Origin: the human T2T-CHM13v2.0 reference genome, Homo sapiens
Assembly (NCBI RefSeq): GCF_009914755.1
Contig: NC_060942.1
Strand: one strand, 5' to 3'
Length of the DNA: 64,000 nucleotides
In this document: positions 41,431 to 54,195 of the stretch, in pieces
How positions within the stretch are numbered: the first letter of the stretch is position 1
Layout of the letters: each line of letters opens with the position of its first letter
Notes under the pieces: model-generated
Database searches by the model: none
Told to the model about the DNA's origin: nothing
Seen by the model: only the letters and a program-made list of their open reading frames with translations
Program-made: the position numbers and the translations under genes

Positions 41431-42179
41431 GCGCTACAGAGTTCCTTCTCCTTATGGGCACCCTAAGACTGATATTCATACCTTCTTGGGGTGGCACATG
41501 AACTATGTTTGTATTCTGACTGGGCAGTTAATTCTTCTGAATTAATTAGAAAATATATGAGCTGAAACTGATAGATGGATGAGTGGTCGAAAAAAAATGC
41601 TAGAGAGAACTAGTTAATGTCATTCCCGAGAGAGGGATCACATGCACTAGTAAATGGAGGCTGTTAGGTCCAGAGAAACGTCATATTCAGAATGCATGGC
41701 GTGCAGGGTGGAAAACAGCAAGTAAGGCTGTGACAATATGAAAGCCGGAGCAGCAAAAAATAAAAATTTACATGGGGAAAAAGACATATAAGTCAGGGCC
41801 ACGTGTGCCATACTAAGCAGTTCCATCTTTATTGCATAAGAACGGGAAGTCATGAAAGTTCATTGAGCTGTCTGTGATAGGGGGATGGCTTTAGGCAGGA
41901 GAAGAACCTCAAAATTATTGTATGATTTAGGCCGGACTTCATTAAAGCCTCAACCAAGGCTCCTGCTGTGGGGACATAGATGGATGATGTGAGTGGAGGA
42001 CCAATAAAGTGACAAAGGGCCAAGAAAAGGGAGTTGAATGGTTGGGAGGGAGGGAGATGCTTAAAAAGGTAGAGAATTTAAAAAAACCGTTGCCAGACAT
42101 ATTTTTATATACTCGCACAAGTATATAAAAAGTACGTCTACTTACACTGATCAAGCAAAAAGGTTGAACAAGCAAAAGG

Positions 42180-42900
42180 GTTGAACAAATGACCCATATC
42201 CAGGATAAGAAAGGGGGAACCGCTTGACATCGCAAAGTAATAAAAAGTAATAAGCCATGTTATAAACGAATTCATTATCAATAAATTTAACAACATAAAG
42301 GAATACATTCATTGAAAGACACAAATTACTAAAGCTGAATCAAGAGGAAATAAAAAAATCTGAGGAACCCTATATCTATTAAATAAACTGAGCTCTTGAT
42401 TAAAAACAAACAAACAAACAAACAAACACTTTTATATAAAAGCATTGAGTTCCAGCTGGGAACATGGGTGGATTCTATCAATGTATTTTAGAAAATAAAG
42501 GGTAAGGGAACATTTCAAATCATTCTGTGAGTCAGGCATTGCCCTGAGAAGCAAACCAGGGAATAACACTACCAGAACGAAAGCTCTAGACCAATATATA
42601 AACATAGATGTGAACATTATTAAGAATGTTTTAGCAAATAATACATATCTAAGTCAAATCTGATTTAGTGTTCAAGTACCAGCAACTTAAATTAACTATA
42701 TTAGTAAAAGTGAAAAACTATACTGTTGTTCAAACTGTTGCTTTTTTTTGAGAAAGAATCATTTGAAAAACACAGCACCCATTTATGAAATGAGAAAACA
42801 AGGATTAGAAATAACTTCCTTGACAGGATCTACAAAATCCTATAGCTGAAATTACACAATACCAGCTAATTTGCTTAAAGTCTTCATCTCTAAGTTTAGG
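42180..42900 (+). mobile_element. Old L1M ORF2 fragment
   Basis: GAAAGACACAAATTACTAAAGCTGA, TCATTCTGTGAGTCAGGCATTGCCCTGA motifs. Confidence 0.65.
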
Positions 42901-45431
42901 CACCCATGTTAATTGGTCATATTCACAATAAATTTTACAGAATAAAATAAAACTTTTGAGATTTCTCAATATCTTTAGTTTTGATTTTTTTATTATCAGA
43001 TTAATCACTGACTAAATTATTTTAAATTAATTGTGGGTTATACCTCAATAGAGGATTCTATTCTCCTTATTAAGCAAAAACTTCACAGTCTGTTTCATCT
43101 GCAGCTTTCATTAGTTATCCTCTTCTTCTCAGACACCTTCCAACCTGCTTTCTCGAAATTAATTTAATCGATATAGAGAATCGACATGCTTCAAGAAACC
43201 CACAGTAGGCTCACTCCTGTAGATAAAGCTTACCTCCTCATACCTTCTGCATCAAATTTATAGTCTACTTCTTATATGAACACCAGGCATTCAATTGGCA
43301 AGTGCACACATATACATCTTGACAATTTGGACATTTTTTGAGACTTTAAACTTTGAAACTCCTACTCTTCAAGTGGACAACATATCTCCGAGAACAATAC
43401 TTAAAATACTTCCACAGTGATACAAACTTAGTCTGCTCACAAGAGATCCCAGGAGGACAACTGATTCTCTCTTTATGTATATTTTATAGAAAAAAATTCC
43501 AAGAAAATATAGTATGGTAAAATTATCAGTTACCCAAACCACAACCTGGAGTCCTAGAAAACTAATTTTAAGTCATTGACCAGGATTGCCATAGAGCATG
43601 GCATTTGCCCGTGCTTTCCCTTGACCAGAGTAAGAGATATGTGTATTACAGCTCATACTTCTTGCTGCACTTTTATAAATAGCACTATCTAGGTAGAAGC
43701 GTCTATGAGTAGACTAACAGAAAATTATACTGAGATCTTTATAAAACAACCAGCTGAACTTGGAACACATTTTTTGTAGTCTGGATGTAGGAGTATAGGT
43801 CTTTGACTCATTTTATTTTTTACAAGGACTAATAATTATTTTCCTTCTTGTCATTCCCTGCATTGCACTGGGCCATATGTCCTCAATTTACAATAGGCAG
43901 AGATCATTGCATTAGATCATTCCACAAACAGAACTCCAAGAATATTTACACATTTACCCTAAAGGCTTATGCAGTCTCCTACCTCAAAACTGCTTAGGAC
44001 CATAAATGAATAATCCAGGAAAACTCCTGTTGCTCCTAGCTGCTCATGGCTCTTAGGCTCAACCCTTGGGATTGGCCCTCTGAATTTTCTCGATCCCACA
44101 GTAAAACATGAAAGAAGAAATCAATGACACAGAAAGGAGCTTAAATTTTCCCATCCACGGCTTTTCTTCTGGTCCTGCTGGGCTTTCCACATACTTGAAA
44201 CAGCGGCCACAAAATGAAAAACTTCAATGAAGTTTGAATAGTCCATTGAATTAGAAATACCTGGATGACTCAATCAGAGAGGATGAAAATAAAACATGAG
44301 AAGGATTTCAATTAATTTTTTTCTTCCTCCAGAAATCTCAATTCATAAATACATGCGCTGACCCGTATCAGAGGCCTTCTCTTACAATCAGCAGTGAGGC
44401 AGAGAGACTAGAGTCTTTTTTAATGGTTAGGGTATATATATGGCATTGGAGTTGCAGAGAAAGTGTGAATTAATTGATATGAATGTTTAACTTTCATAAC
44501 GAAGTTAGTAAAATATATTTCTTAAACCAAACCTTTGCCTAATGAGCTTGCACTGAGCTACCAGAACTAATCTAAAATTTCAATTGACCATTATCACACG
44601 TGCAGGAGTCATTCTTCTTCCCAGTCCTCCTGGAATGTCAATGCTCTTATTTGCAATGTTATGAAGATCAATGGAATAATTTGTATGTGATACCCTGAGT
44701 TTCCAGGGAGAAGTTTAAGCAGAAAGTGGTATTATTAATTGTTATATTACTACTCATTTTGGCCTCATTTTCAAATGAGATGGATGGCAGTAAGCTAAAA
44801 GACAGAAAGTAAAATTAAGTATGAGCTGCTTCATTAACACTTTTTAGGTTATTTTGTAACACTCCTAAATCTTTTCTAGTTCAGTGTTCTTTCAAGTGCA
44901 AAGTGCCCCTCACTTTTAAACTCTCTGTCTTTTTTTTTTTCATTCAGAGAAAGCAGAAAAATATAATTATGAAGAGCTCAACCTCTTCCCCCTCGTTTAT
45001 TCAGGATATCGGATTCTGGATCACAGTTTCCCTCTTTATGTCCTGTTTTCTGGAGCATAATTATTTTTGTCATGAATCCCCAGCACCCTCACCTAGTCTA
45101 AGATTGCAGTCATTTCTTATGTCAAATGACCTCTTAACTAACAATGTGAGATCCCACACAGCACATGCACGTGCACGCAAACACTTCCGCTTCAAACGCT
45201 TTAATTGCAGAGAACACGTTTCTCCTTAGGCCTGTTCCTTCTGATACAGCCTCATTTTTTTTCCTAACATTCTTTTGCTTTGTCACACAAACTAAGATCA
45301 TTCCTTCAGTATCAGGTCACTCATCCCTTCCATGCGCAGTGTTCTCTGACCTTCTGAGTTTTCGTCGATTCATCCTATTATAGTACCTCATAGATCATGG
45401 ACCCTTTCTTCGCAGAATGGACTAAAGTTTC

Positions 45432-45807
45432 TGTGTTCATCTGCTCAGGCTGCCGTAGAATAATAGCACAGACCAGGCGGCTTAAAGAACAGAAATGTAT
45501 CACAGTTGTGAAGGCTGCAAGTCCAAGGTCAAAGTGTCGGCAGGTTGGTTTCTAATGAGATCTCTCTCCTTAGCTCGCAGAGGCCGATTTCTTGCTGTGT
45601 CTCCACAGGGCTTTTCTCTTTGAGCACATCCCTAGTGTCTCTTCCCCTTCTTCTAGGGACACTAGTCATATTGGATCAGCGCCCCATGCTTGTGACCTCA
45701 TTTGACCTTTATTACCTTTTTAAAGTCCCTGTCTCCAAATACTGTCACATTGAGAGTTAAAGCTTCAATTTATGAATTTTGCGGGGGAGACAATTCACTT
45801 CGTAACA
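45432..45807 (-). mobile_element. MLT1A0-like MaLR LTR
   Basis: CTGCTCAGGCTGCC...AAGTCCAAGGTCAAAGTGTCGGCAGG...GTCTCCAAATACTGTCACATTG...GTAACA. Confidence 0.82.
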
Positions 45808-45811
45808 GTTA

Positions 45812-45814
<3 letters not shown>

Positions 45815-45860
<46 letters not shown>

Positions 45861-45893
45861 TCACACACGCACACACACACACGTACACATATA
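45815..45893 (+). repeat. (AT)n microsatellite followed by a CA-rich tract
   Basis: Direct reading, ~21 AT units. Confidence 0.92.
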
Positions 45894-47117
45894 TGGAATA
45901 CTTAAAGTCTTCCTCATCGTAATAGTATAACACCATTAAAAAAAGAAAAGTTCATTATTTTAAATTAACTTTATCTCCGTCAATTATCTCAGGGCCTAGC
46001 TCTGACTAGGCACTAAAAGAAAGAAACAAATACATAAATAAAGTTGATTGGATAAATTGATGAGTAAATTAATAAAGGTTAAGTATGATAACGTTGGTGA
46101 AGAAAAATGCATTCTAATAATTAATCAACAACAATCATTTACAAACACCTTTAAGTTAATGATGAATGCATTTTTATAAGGAAGAAATAGCTTTACACAA
46201 ACTTAGCAAGTCAAAATATTATTTCTAAATAAGGTTTTTACATAGTATAACTAATATGCAAATCTTGGTGTTTTAATAAAATTAATTATTAGTTATTTAT
46301 AAATAATTATTTTAAATCAGATTAAAATGCTGCTGTGTAAAATCTTTGTTAAGAAAAATATACTTTTCAATTGATTTTATAGTTCCAATATCTATAATAT
46401 GAAAATATGACAATGATAAAATATAATATAAATCAATCTCACCTGAGAGTGCAAAAGTTGACATACAAAATAAAACATGAAAAGACACTAGAAATAAATT
46501 TTAAAAACATAATACAGAAAATTCAATATAATACTATGCAAACAGGATTTCTTTCAGAAAGACTTTATTAAACCTTATAATTAAATTAAAATCTGTGATT
46601 GTTCACTTGCCTCATAAAAGGTGCATTTGATTTGCTCTCTCCACGGAAGAGAGATGTCCATTTAAATAGAGAATTCATTTTCACAGTTCTCACAACCCAA
46701 GATAAACAATAGCATTTTATATTTCTGGATATAAAAAAAAAAAGGAGCTAGATCATCCACTTTGAGATTCTGCTTAAAGTATGCCTAGTGTCTCTTCTCC
46801 TGATCTGTCATGTCTACTGACAAATCAGGGGACATCACTGCTTGTTACATCCTCTCTTTTCCACTCTTAGCCACAGTTCCAGCATTGCTAAATAATATTC
46901 CTAATGGATCACGCTCTCTGTCATTCTGTCCAGTTGTGAACTGATTCTTTGTATAGAAAACAACTATGGCAGTACTTTTGATTCAAGACATTGACTTATG
47001 TAAAACTGAGTGTGGATCATGTCTGATTAGCATCCATAGACCACATATTCACTTGTCTGGAAACAGGTAACAGGTTCCAACAAGACCATATAATGGGAGA
47101 AATCTTCTAGTGTTTGG

Positions 47118-47360
47118 AAGTGATAGCATATGTGTGTTCTGAAGTCAGACCATTAACTTTCTAGGCTTTGTGATGTTGGATAAGTTATGTCATTATCCTG
47201 TGACTCAGTACCTCATTTGTGAAATAAGAGCCATAACAATATTTTATCATAGAATTTATGAGTATTAAATAGGTAAAATATGAAAAATCTGTAAGACAGA
47301 GTTCATCAGGCATGCAATCAGAAGTATGTGCACAGGCACAGAAATATTAGTTGTTATTAT
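47118..47360 (+). mobile_element. MIR SINE
   Basis: TTCTGAAGTCAGAC...TTGGATAAGTTA...CTGTGACTCAGTACCTCATTTGTGAAAT. Confidence 0.7.
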
Positions 47361-48118
47361 CTAATTCAAAGCCAAAATGTCTCCAGAATAATGACATAAC
47401 TAGATTTCTTTGGACAGTAGTAAAGAGCTAGATTCACTGCTGCACATAAGCCTGACTTGGGACATTACTGTGTCCTTTTAATTTGTTATATTCCTTTTTA
47501 TTTTTTAAATCAGACTTGAGTGATTGCTTCAATTATAAAAGATATAATAGACTTAGGTGTTCTGATGTTGTATTTGGGAGAAAATCAAAATTCATTAATC
47601 AACCACATTAGCCTGATTTAACTCTCTAGCTATGATCAGCTGTGTAAAAATGTTGGCAAACATCCTACCATCTCCACAACATGATGATGAAAATGCATTC
47701 ACATTAAAATATCCCTGAGAGGTTAGGAAAGCTCTCTTGAGAAAAATCAGTAGCAACTTTTGATGGTTCTGTCTTTTGCTTTAGCAGAAAGAGCACATGT
47801 AATTTCAGCAAAGGAATAAAACCACATTTTAATCATTGAAGATTTGGAAAAAGATTTTAATAAATTTTATAACTTTCTGTAAATTCTTCAATTTAACAAT
47901 AGGTTTATTTAACATGGTAAAGAACATATTTATATATAATAATTAAACCCAAAGGCATTCCTGATAAAATTCCAAGTAAAGAAAATGAGGAACAAAAAGT
48001 AGTTCCTAACTAGTATATTAAAATATTTGTATCGGATTATATATCAGAGACAAACAATAGAACAAGATAGGCAGTTCAGGAAAAAAAATCTTTCTATATT
48101 TGAAATAATAAAAATTAT

Positions 48119-48200
48119 TCTGTCATTTGGTCCAGTTGTGAACTGATTCTTTGTATAGAAAACAACTATGGCGGTACCTTTGATTCAAGACATTGACTTA
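48119..48200 (+). repeat. Dispersed 82-bp duplication (copy of 46917-46998)
   Basis: 78 of 82 bases identical by eye; flanked by TAAAAATT at 48109-48116 and 48199-48206. Confidence 0.92.
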
Positions 48201-50327
48201 AAAATTTGATAGTATATATAACTGGATAAGTTATTATTCAATTAATTATATTAAGGCAATTGATTCGTTAGAAAAAATGTAAAGATTAGATTTTACTTTA
48301 GTGTAAAATGCTTGTGAGATAATGTTTAATTATGAAAGTGGGAAAATCATAATAAAATTAAGGAGATCATTGCAAGCTCTTGAAATATGAGAGAGCTTCT
48401 TAAATAAAAAACCAATGGGAGAATTTAAGTAAGATATTTGGTAATTATTCCAAATTAAAAAGTAAAAAATAAAATTTTCTTATATGAAAAAATTAAAACT
48501 AAAATTCATATTTAAAGGCCATATTGAGATTAAATATCTGCAGCAAACATAACAGAAAATAGAAATACCCTTATGATATTAGTAGCTCATGAAAAGCCTA
48601 AGAAAAATCTAATCAAATGATGTAACATAAATGAATAAATAATAAAGCTTTTTTTTCTTCCGAAGCAAATATAAAAACAACTGAACTAAAACAAAAGGTT
48701 GAACTCTTTCAGATTGCTTTTGAATACCCTTTCATTTTTGTTTGTTACACAAAATGTATGGTTTTACAACCTGTCTGGGACCTACTTCAGCAATTTTTAT
48801 ATTGTTTGAGCTAGTTATACAACTTTATTCAAGATAAACAATAGTATAGTTATTAAGGAAACTATCTTTGCAGAAAGTCTCCCACCAAATAGTTATGTGA
48901 CATTGTAGAAATTATTTATCCAGTTTTGCCAACTGCAAAGTATTCATAATACTTTTATCTACATTAGTGGGTGGTTTGGGATATGACAGTATTGTACTAC
49001 AAAAAAATATATAGTATTTACTTATTAAGTTACATTTTCAAACACCGCATTTTAAAAGATATTTACAGTGTAGATATTTTGTATCCTTTGTCTTCCTACT
49101 TTATGATAAAAGTCTGCAAATGAACTTGTTATAAGGCACAGACACCACACACAAAAACATGCACTCACATTCCTACACTCACGGAAAATTCTGTACTGTG
49201 TGTTTAGAGGTCATTTTTATTTTCTCTTTATGTTTATTTTGTTTCCAAAATTTCCATATATTTTGTTTTTAAAAAATATTCCATAGTAGCATGTGTAGTA
49301 TACTTATTGAGTCAGGAAATAATATCAATCAATAAACTTTCCAAAGACGTCTCTTTGTTTTCATCTTTGTTTGCTGCGTAGTAATTAAAGAGTAAGCCAA
49401 AACTAAAATTGCCTACTTTTTTTTTTTTATCATAAGAGTCCATATTTACTTCTGCCATCTGGAAATGTGGTTTACCTACACCACCAAGAGCAGCAGATCA
49501 TAATCCAATGAACTACCATATGTGACAGAATTCAATATTATTCCAAAATGTTGCATAGTAAAATTTTTGATTGTGTGCAGTATTGTACCACCTGCATTGT
49601 CACAAAGAGGTATTTCCTTTGTTTTTTTCAACAATGAGATCATTCATGTTTTATTTTCCTCGAGGATATTAACACTATAGTTCATGTATTCTCCAGTTAT
49701 TTGAACAGATATGCATTAAAGTTAGTCTAAGATAATTTCTCCTCCCACCTGCTACCCAAAGGAACTCTATCACTACACGCAATAGTGATCATATTCCTTA
49801 AAACAATGCAGTTCACTTCAGATATGACTTTCTATTTTGGAACTGCACTTTTACCAGAGAAAAGAGAAAACATCTTTATGAATATTTGCATATTATGAAA
49901 TATTGTATTTGGAATATTTATGAGGAAAAATACCCACACACTGTTTTTTGTCAAAATATTCAAGTTATGTTGAGATTTGTTTGTAATTTAGCAAAATGTA
50001 AAGTCTCCTTTCTCTTTTGATGAAACTGTTAAGATACATATCTTGGTTATAGGGTGAATAATAAGATGAAAATCTCCCTTTTCCAGTAGTATAGGTAGAA
50101 TGGTTGCTGCCCTCAACAGCAGAATTATTTTTCCTCACTTTTCATCTTCTTTTCTTTTTTGATGTGAGAGCTTCTCATCATTTTTATCACTGCCGCATGG
50201 TGAGCTGTGGGTAAGCATGGCCACAGGATCCCCTAAGTGGACAAAAACGAAAATCTCACAGGGGTATAAATAGAGAGATTACTCCAACCCTGACAACAAA
50301 ATCTCAAAGACAGAAAATTTAATTCTT

Positions 50328-51569
50328 ATTTTATTTTATTTTTTTAAGGAAGCATATTTTTAATCAAAGTTCGTTGGACCAAAAAAAGTCTATAAAGTAA
50401 ATTAATCCAAGGTTGTTTTTTTTTTTAAAAAAGACTTTATTTTATTTTATTTTATTATTTTATTATTATTATACTTTAAGTTTTAGGGTACATGTGCACA
50501 ATGTGCAGGTTAGTTACATATGTATACATGTGCCATGCTGGTGTGCTGCACCCATTAACTCGTTATTTAGTGTTAGATATATCTCCTAATGCTATCCCTC
50601 CCCCCTCCCCCCACCCCACAACAGTCCCCAGAGTGTGATGTTCCCCTTCCTGTGTCCATGTGTTCTCATTGTTCAATTCCCACCTGTGAGTGAGAACATG
50701 TGGTGTTTGGTTTTTTGTCCTTGCGATAGTTTACTGAGAGTGATGATTTCCAATTTCATCCATGTCCCTACAAAGGACAAGAACTCATAATTTTTTATGG
50801 CTGCATAGTATTCCAAGGTGTATATGTGCCACATTTTCTTAATCCAGTCTGTCATTGTTGGACATTTGGGTTGGTTCCAAGTCTTTGCTATTTTGAATAG
50901 TGCCACAATAAACATACGTGTGCATGTGTCTTTATAGCAGCATGATTTATAGTCCTTTGGGTATATACCCAGTAATGGGATGGCTGGGTCAAATGGTATT
51001 TCTAGTTCTAGATCCCTGAGGAATCGCCACACTGACTTCCACAATGGTTGAACTAGTTTACAGTCCTACCAACAGTGTAAAAGTGCTCCTATTTCTCCAC
51101 ATCCTCTCCAGCACCTGTTGTTTCCTGACTTTTTAATGATTGCTGTTCTAACTGGTGTGAGATGGTATCTCATTGTGGTTTTGATTTGCATTTCTCTGAT
51201 GGCCAGTGATGGTGAGCATTTTTTCATGTGTTTTTTGGCTGCATAAATGTCTTCTTTTGAGAAGTGTCTGCTCATGTCCTTCGCCCACTTTTTGATGGGG
51301 TTGTTTGTTTTTTTCTTGTAAATTTGTTTGAGTTCATTGTAGATTCTGGATATTAGCCCTTTGTCAGAAGAAAACCTAGGCATTACCATTCAGGACATAG
51401 GCATGGGCAAGGAATTCATGTCTAAAACACCAAAAGCAATGGCAACAAAAGCCAAAATTGACAAATGGGATCTAATTAAACTAAAGAGCTTCTGCACAGC
51501 AAAAGAAACTACCATCCGAGTGAACAGGCAACCTACAAAATGGGAGAAATTTTTCACAACCTACTCATC
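50328..51569 (-). mobile_element. L1PA2/3-like insertion with 5' inversion and 3' transduction
   Basis: Minus-strand L1 3' end at 50436-51368 (ORF-track ORF2 C-terminal fragments), plus-strand inverted piece at 51366-51569, non-L1 segment at 50346-50435 and a second tail at 50328-50345. TSD CAGAAAATTTAATTCTT at 50311-50327 and 51569-51585. Confidence 0.95.
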
Positions 51570-52282
51570 AGAAAATTTAATTCTTAGAAAATAAGCATTA
51601 GGTTAGATGTTGGAACTTCTGAAAGAGCATAGTTTTCTGTGTTAGTGTAAATGCTAATTGGTGTTAATGTGCTGGCAAAAATAAAAGGCTCTGAGCACAT
51701 GCTGCATTTCTGACAAACATTATCTGTCAAGTCTTCTGATTTTTGGATGCCTTGCTATTAGAAAAGACAGAATCAGTGGAGCACATATTTTACACACCCA
51801 CATCTTCACAGTGCATAAATTTTGCATTGACGGTTATCTGTTTCAGAAATAAACAAATGTAAAAGCAATCTTGAAACCAGGCCAAGCCTGTTTCAAGCCT
51901 TGTCTTACTTGTCTTCCCAGTGAAACCTATTGGCGTAACTATGGCCACTGCAGTTCATAAGAAAGCTGCCCATTACTTTTCATGTATTTTGTTTGTTTGT
52001 TTTAATCTCACTGTTTTTATTGATTAGCTTATACTTAGATTTTATAACGTAGTGGTTGCAGAGATATTTCATAGAGGCAGCAAATCTTTTGAATATGTTT
52101 CAATTCTTCAAATGGGACAGAAAAAATGTCATAAATTTGGCATAAATTTAGCTCACTTGGTCTTCTCAGCTTTACGTCCTTTCTGGAATAGGTTTAGCCT
52201 GAATCTTCATGACATTTTTGGACACTATTTTCCCTGTATTTGCCAAACTCATGACTTATCTCAGTCCCAATGAGCAACCAGG

Positions 52283-52777
52283 TGAAACCGGCCCAATTGT
52301 CCCATAGAACTGATGTTTACAGTTTATTTGAATAAACACAGAAATTGACTCTCCCAGTCTTAAACTTTGAGAAAGTTACATTTGCCTTATCTGAGTTCCT
52401 TTATCAGGAAACCAACCATCAAGGCTCCCAGATAGTATCAAAGAACTTAAACTCACCCAATCATATCACAGTATCTGTAAAATGATCTGCAAGACCCTTC
52501 ACTTGTCATGATGGCCTAACTGACCATCCGCTTCCTGTTGACCCACTTCTCTTCCTTACCACTCCCTAATTCCTGTTTTCTTGCATGTAGTTATATTTTG
52601 TCCCTGCTCTACAAACCACTAATTTTAGTCAAGGAAATGGATTTGAGACTGATCTCCCACCTCCTTGGCTGCAGCACCCAATTAAAGCCTTCCTCCCTGG
52701 CAATACTTTTCTCAGTGACTGGCTTTCTGTGCAGCGAGCAGCAGGGCCTAGACCAAACCCCTGGGGTTTTGGTAACA
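52283..52777 (+). mobile_element. ERV1 solo LTR (MER66-like)
   Basis: TG...CA ends (TGAAACCGGCCCAATTGTCCCATAG ... TTTGGTAACA), internal ATTAAA, perfect 4-bp TSD CAGG. Confidence 0.8.
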
Positions 52778-53214
52778 CAGGCTCCTTATGTAAGAAAGAG
52801 AGTCTAATTTGAAACATCAAAGACATAATCTAATTCCAGATATAGTAAAGAATTTGCTGTCAATTGTGTTAACATTTTTCTCTGCGTGTATGTGTGTGTT
52901 ATGTGTGAGAGAGAGATATGCCTATTTATGTTATCTGTTACTTTTTGGTGACATTTTCAGTGAAATTAAAAAAATCACAACTCCTTTTTTTCAGTTTTCC
53001 TCTCTGTGCCAAAGAATAGCTTCTCAGCTAAACAAAATAACAGACATTTATAATTTCAAATTATACTCTCAGTCATATTCCTTCTGTAATTTTCATGAGA
53101 GATTTCATGAATTATCTTGTAAAACTGAAACACACATAATAAAATTACTTGACTAATTTCTAATATATTTGGGATTGTAGCTAGAATAATAAGAGATTCT
53201 TTTAGGGCAATTAC

Positions 53215-54195
53215 ATAGGTCATGCATAAAGTCCAGAAATAGATGAATAAACAATTGACATATATGGTCGATTGATTATTGATCAAGGTGTTAAGAATAT
53301 TCAATTTGAGAAAGAATATACCTTTTTACAAGTGGTTCTGGAATAACTGGATAGTCATGAAAAACAATGAACCTTTATGAATACATTGTGACATAAACTA
53401 AATCTTATTTAAAACAAGTGGATCATAGGCCTGAATATACAACCAAAATCTCCGTCTAAAAGAAAAAAAGTATCTAATAGAAAAATATAAAACAAATACA
53501 TTGCAAACCAAGATTAGGCAACGGTTATCTCAATAGAGCATAAAATTATGATTCATAAACAGTTTTATAAATTGAACTTCATAAAAATTGAAAACATGTT
53601 TTTTGAAAGAGAATGTTAATAAAATTAAAATGCTAGTCACAACTTGGAAGAAAGTATGTGCAAAATACAAAATTGATGTGAATTTTTATAATTCAATAAT
53701 AAGATACACCCTATAAAACTGGGCAATAAATTGAAGACACTTCACCAAAGAAGAGATATAGAAAGAAAATAACCATGAGAAAATAATGTTTAAAATAAGT
53801 TGTCATTAAAAAAATTAAAACCACACTTATATCATTACATAACCTGCTAGAATGTCCAAAATTAAACAAAACAAACAAACAAAAACAGGTGGTAAAAAAT
53901 GCAGGTGAGAGGCAGAGCTACTGAAACACACAAACTATTAATTCAATTGCAAAATATAGTAATAACTTACACTAAAAATGAACAATTTCTCATGAAGTTA
54001 AAGATACACTTACCATAAAACTAGTTATCCCATTTCTAAATTTTTATACAAGAGAAAATAAAACATATGTCTATCACAAAAATAAAGATGTGAATGTTTA
54101 TAGTGACTTTCCTCATTAAACTAAAATATGGGTAAAACCAGATGTTCATTAACTTATAAATAGAAAACCAAATTGCAGTACATCTATACTGCACA
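53215..54195 (+). mobile_element. Old L1M ORF2 3' fragment
   Basis: GTCCAGAAATAGA...ACATATATGGTCGATTGATT, GACACTTCACCAAAGAAGA motifs. Confidence 0.7.

Noticed and set aside
43000-44700. Repeat-poor stretch considered for exons or an enhancer
   Set aside because: No ORF, convincing splice pair or motif cluster that I can support without conservation data.
50673-51594. L1 ORF2-like ORFs on both strands
   Set aside because: Fragments of a truncated, inverted L1; cannot encode functional ORF2p.
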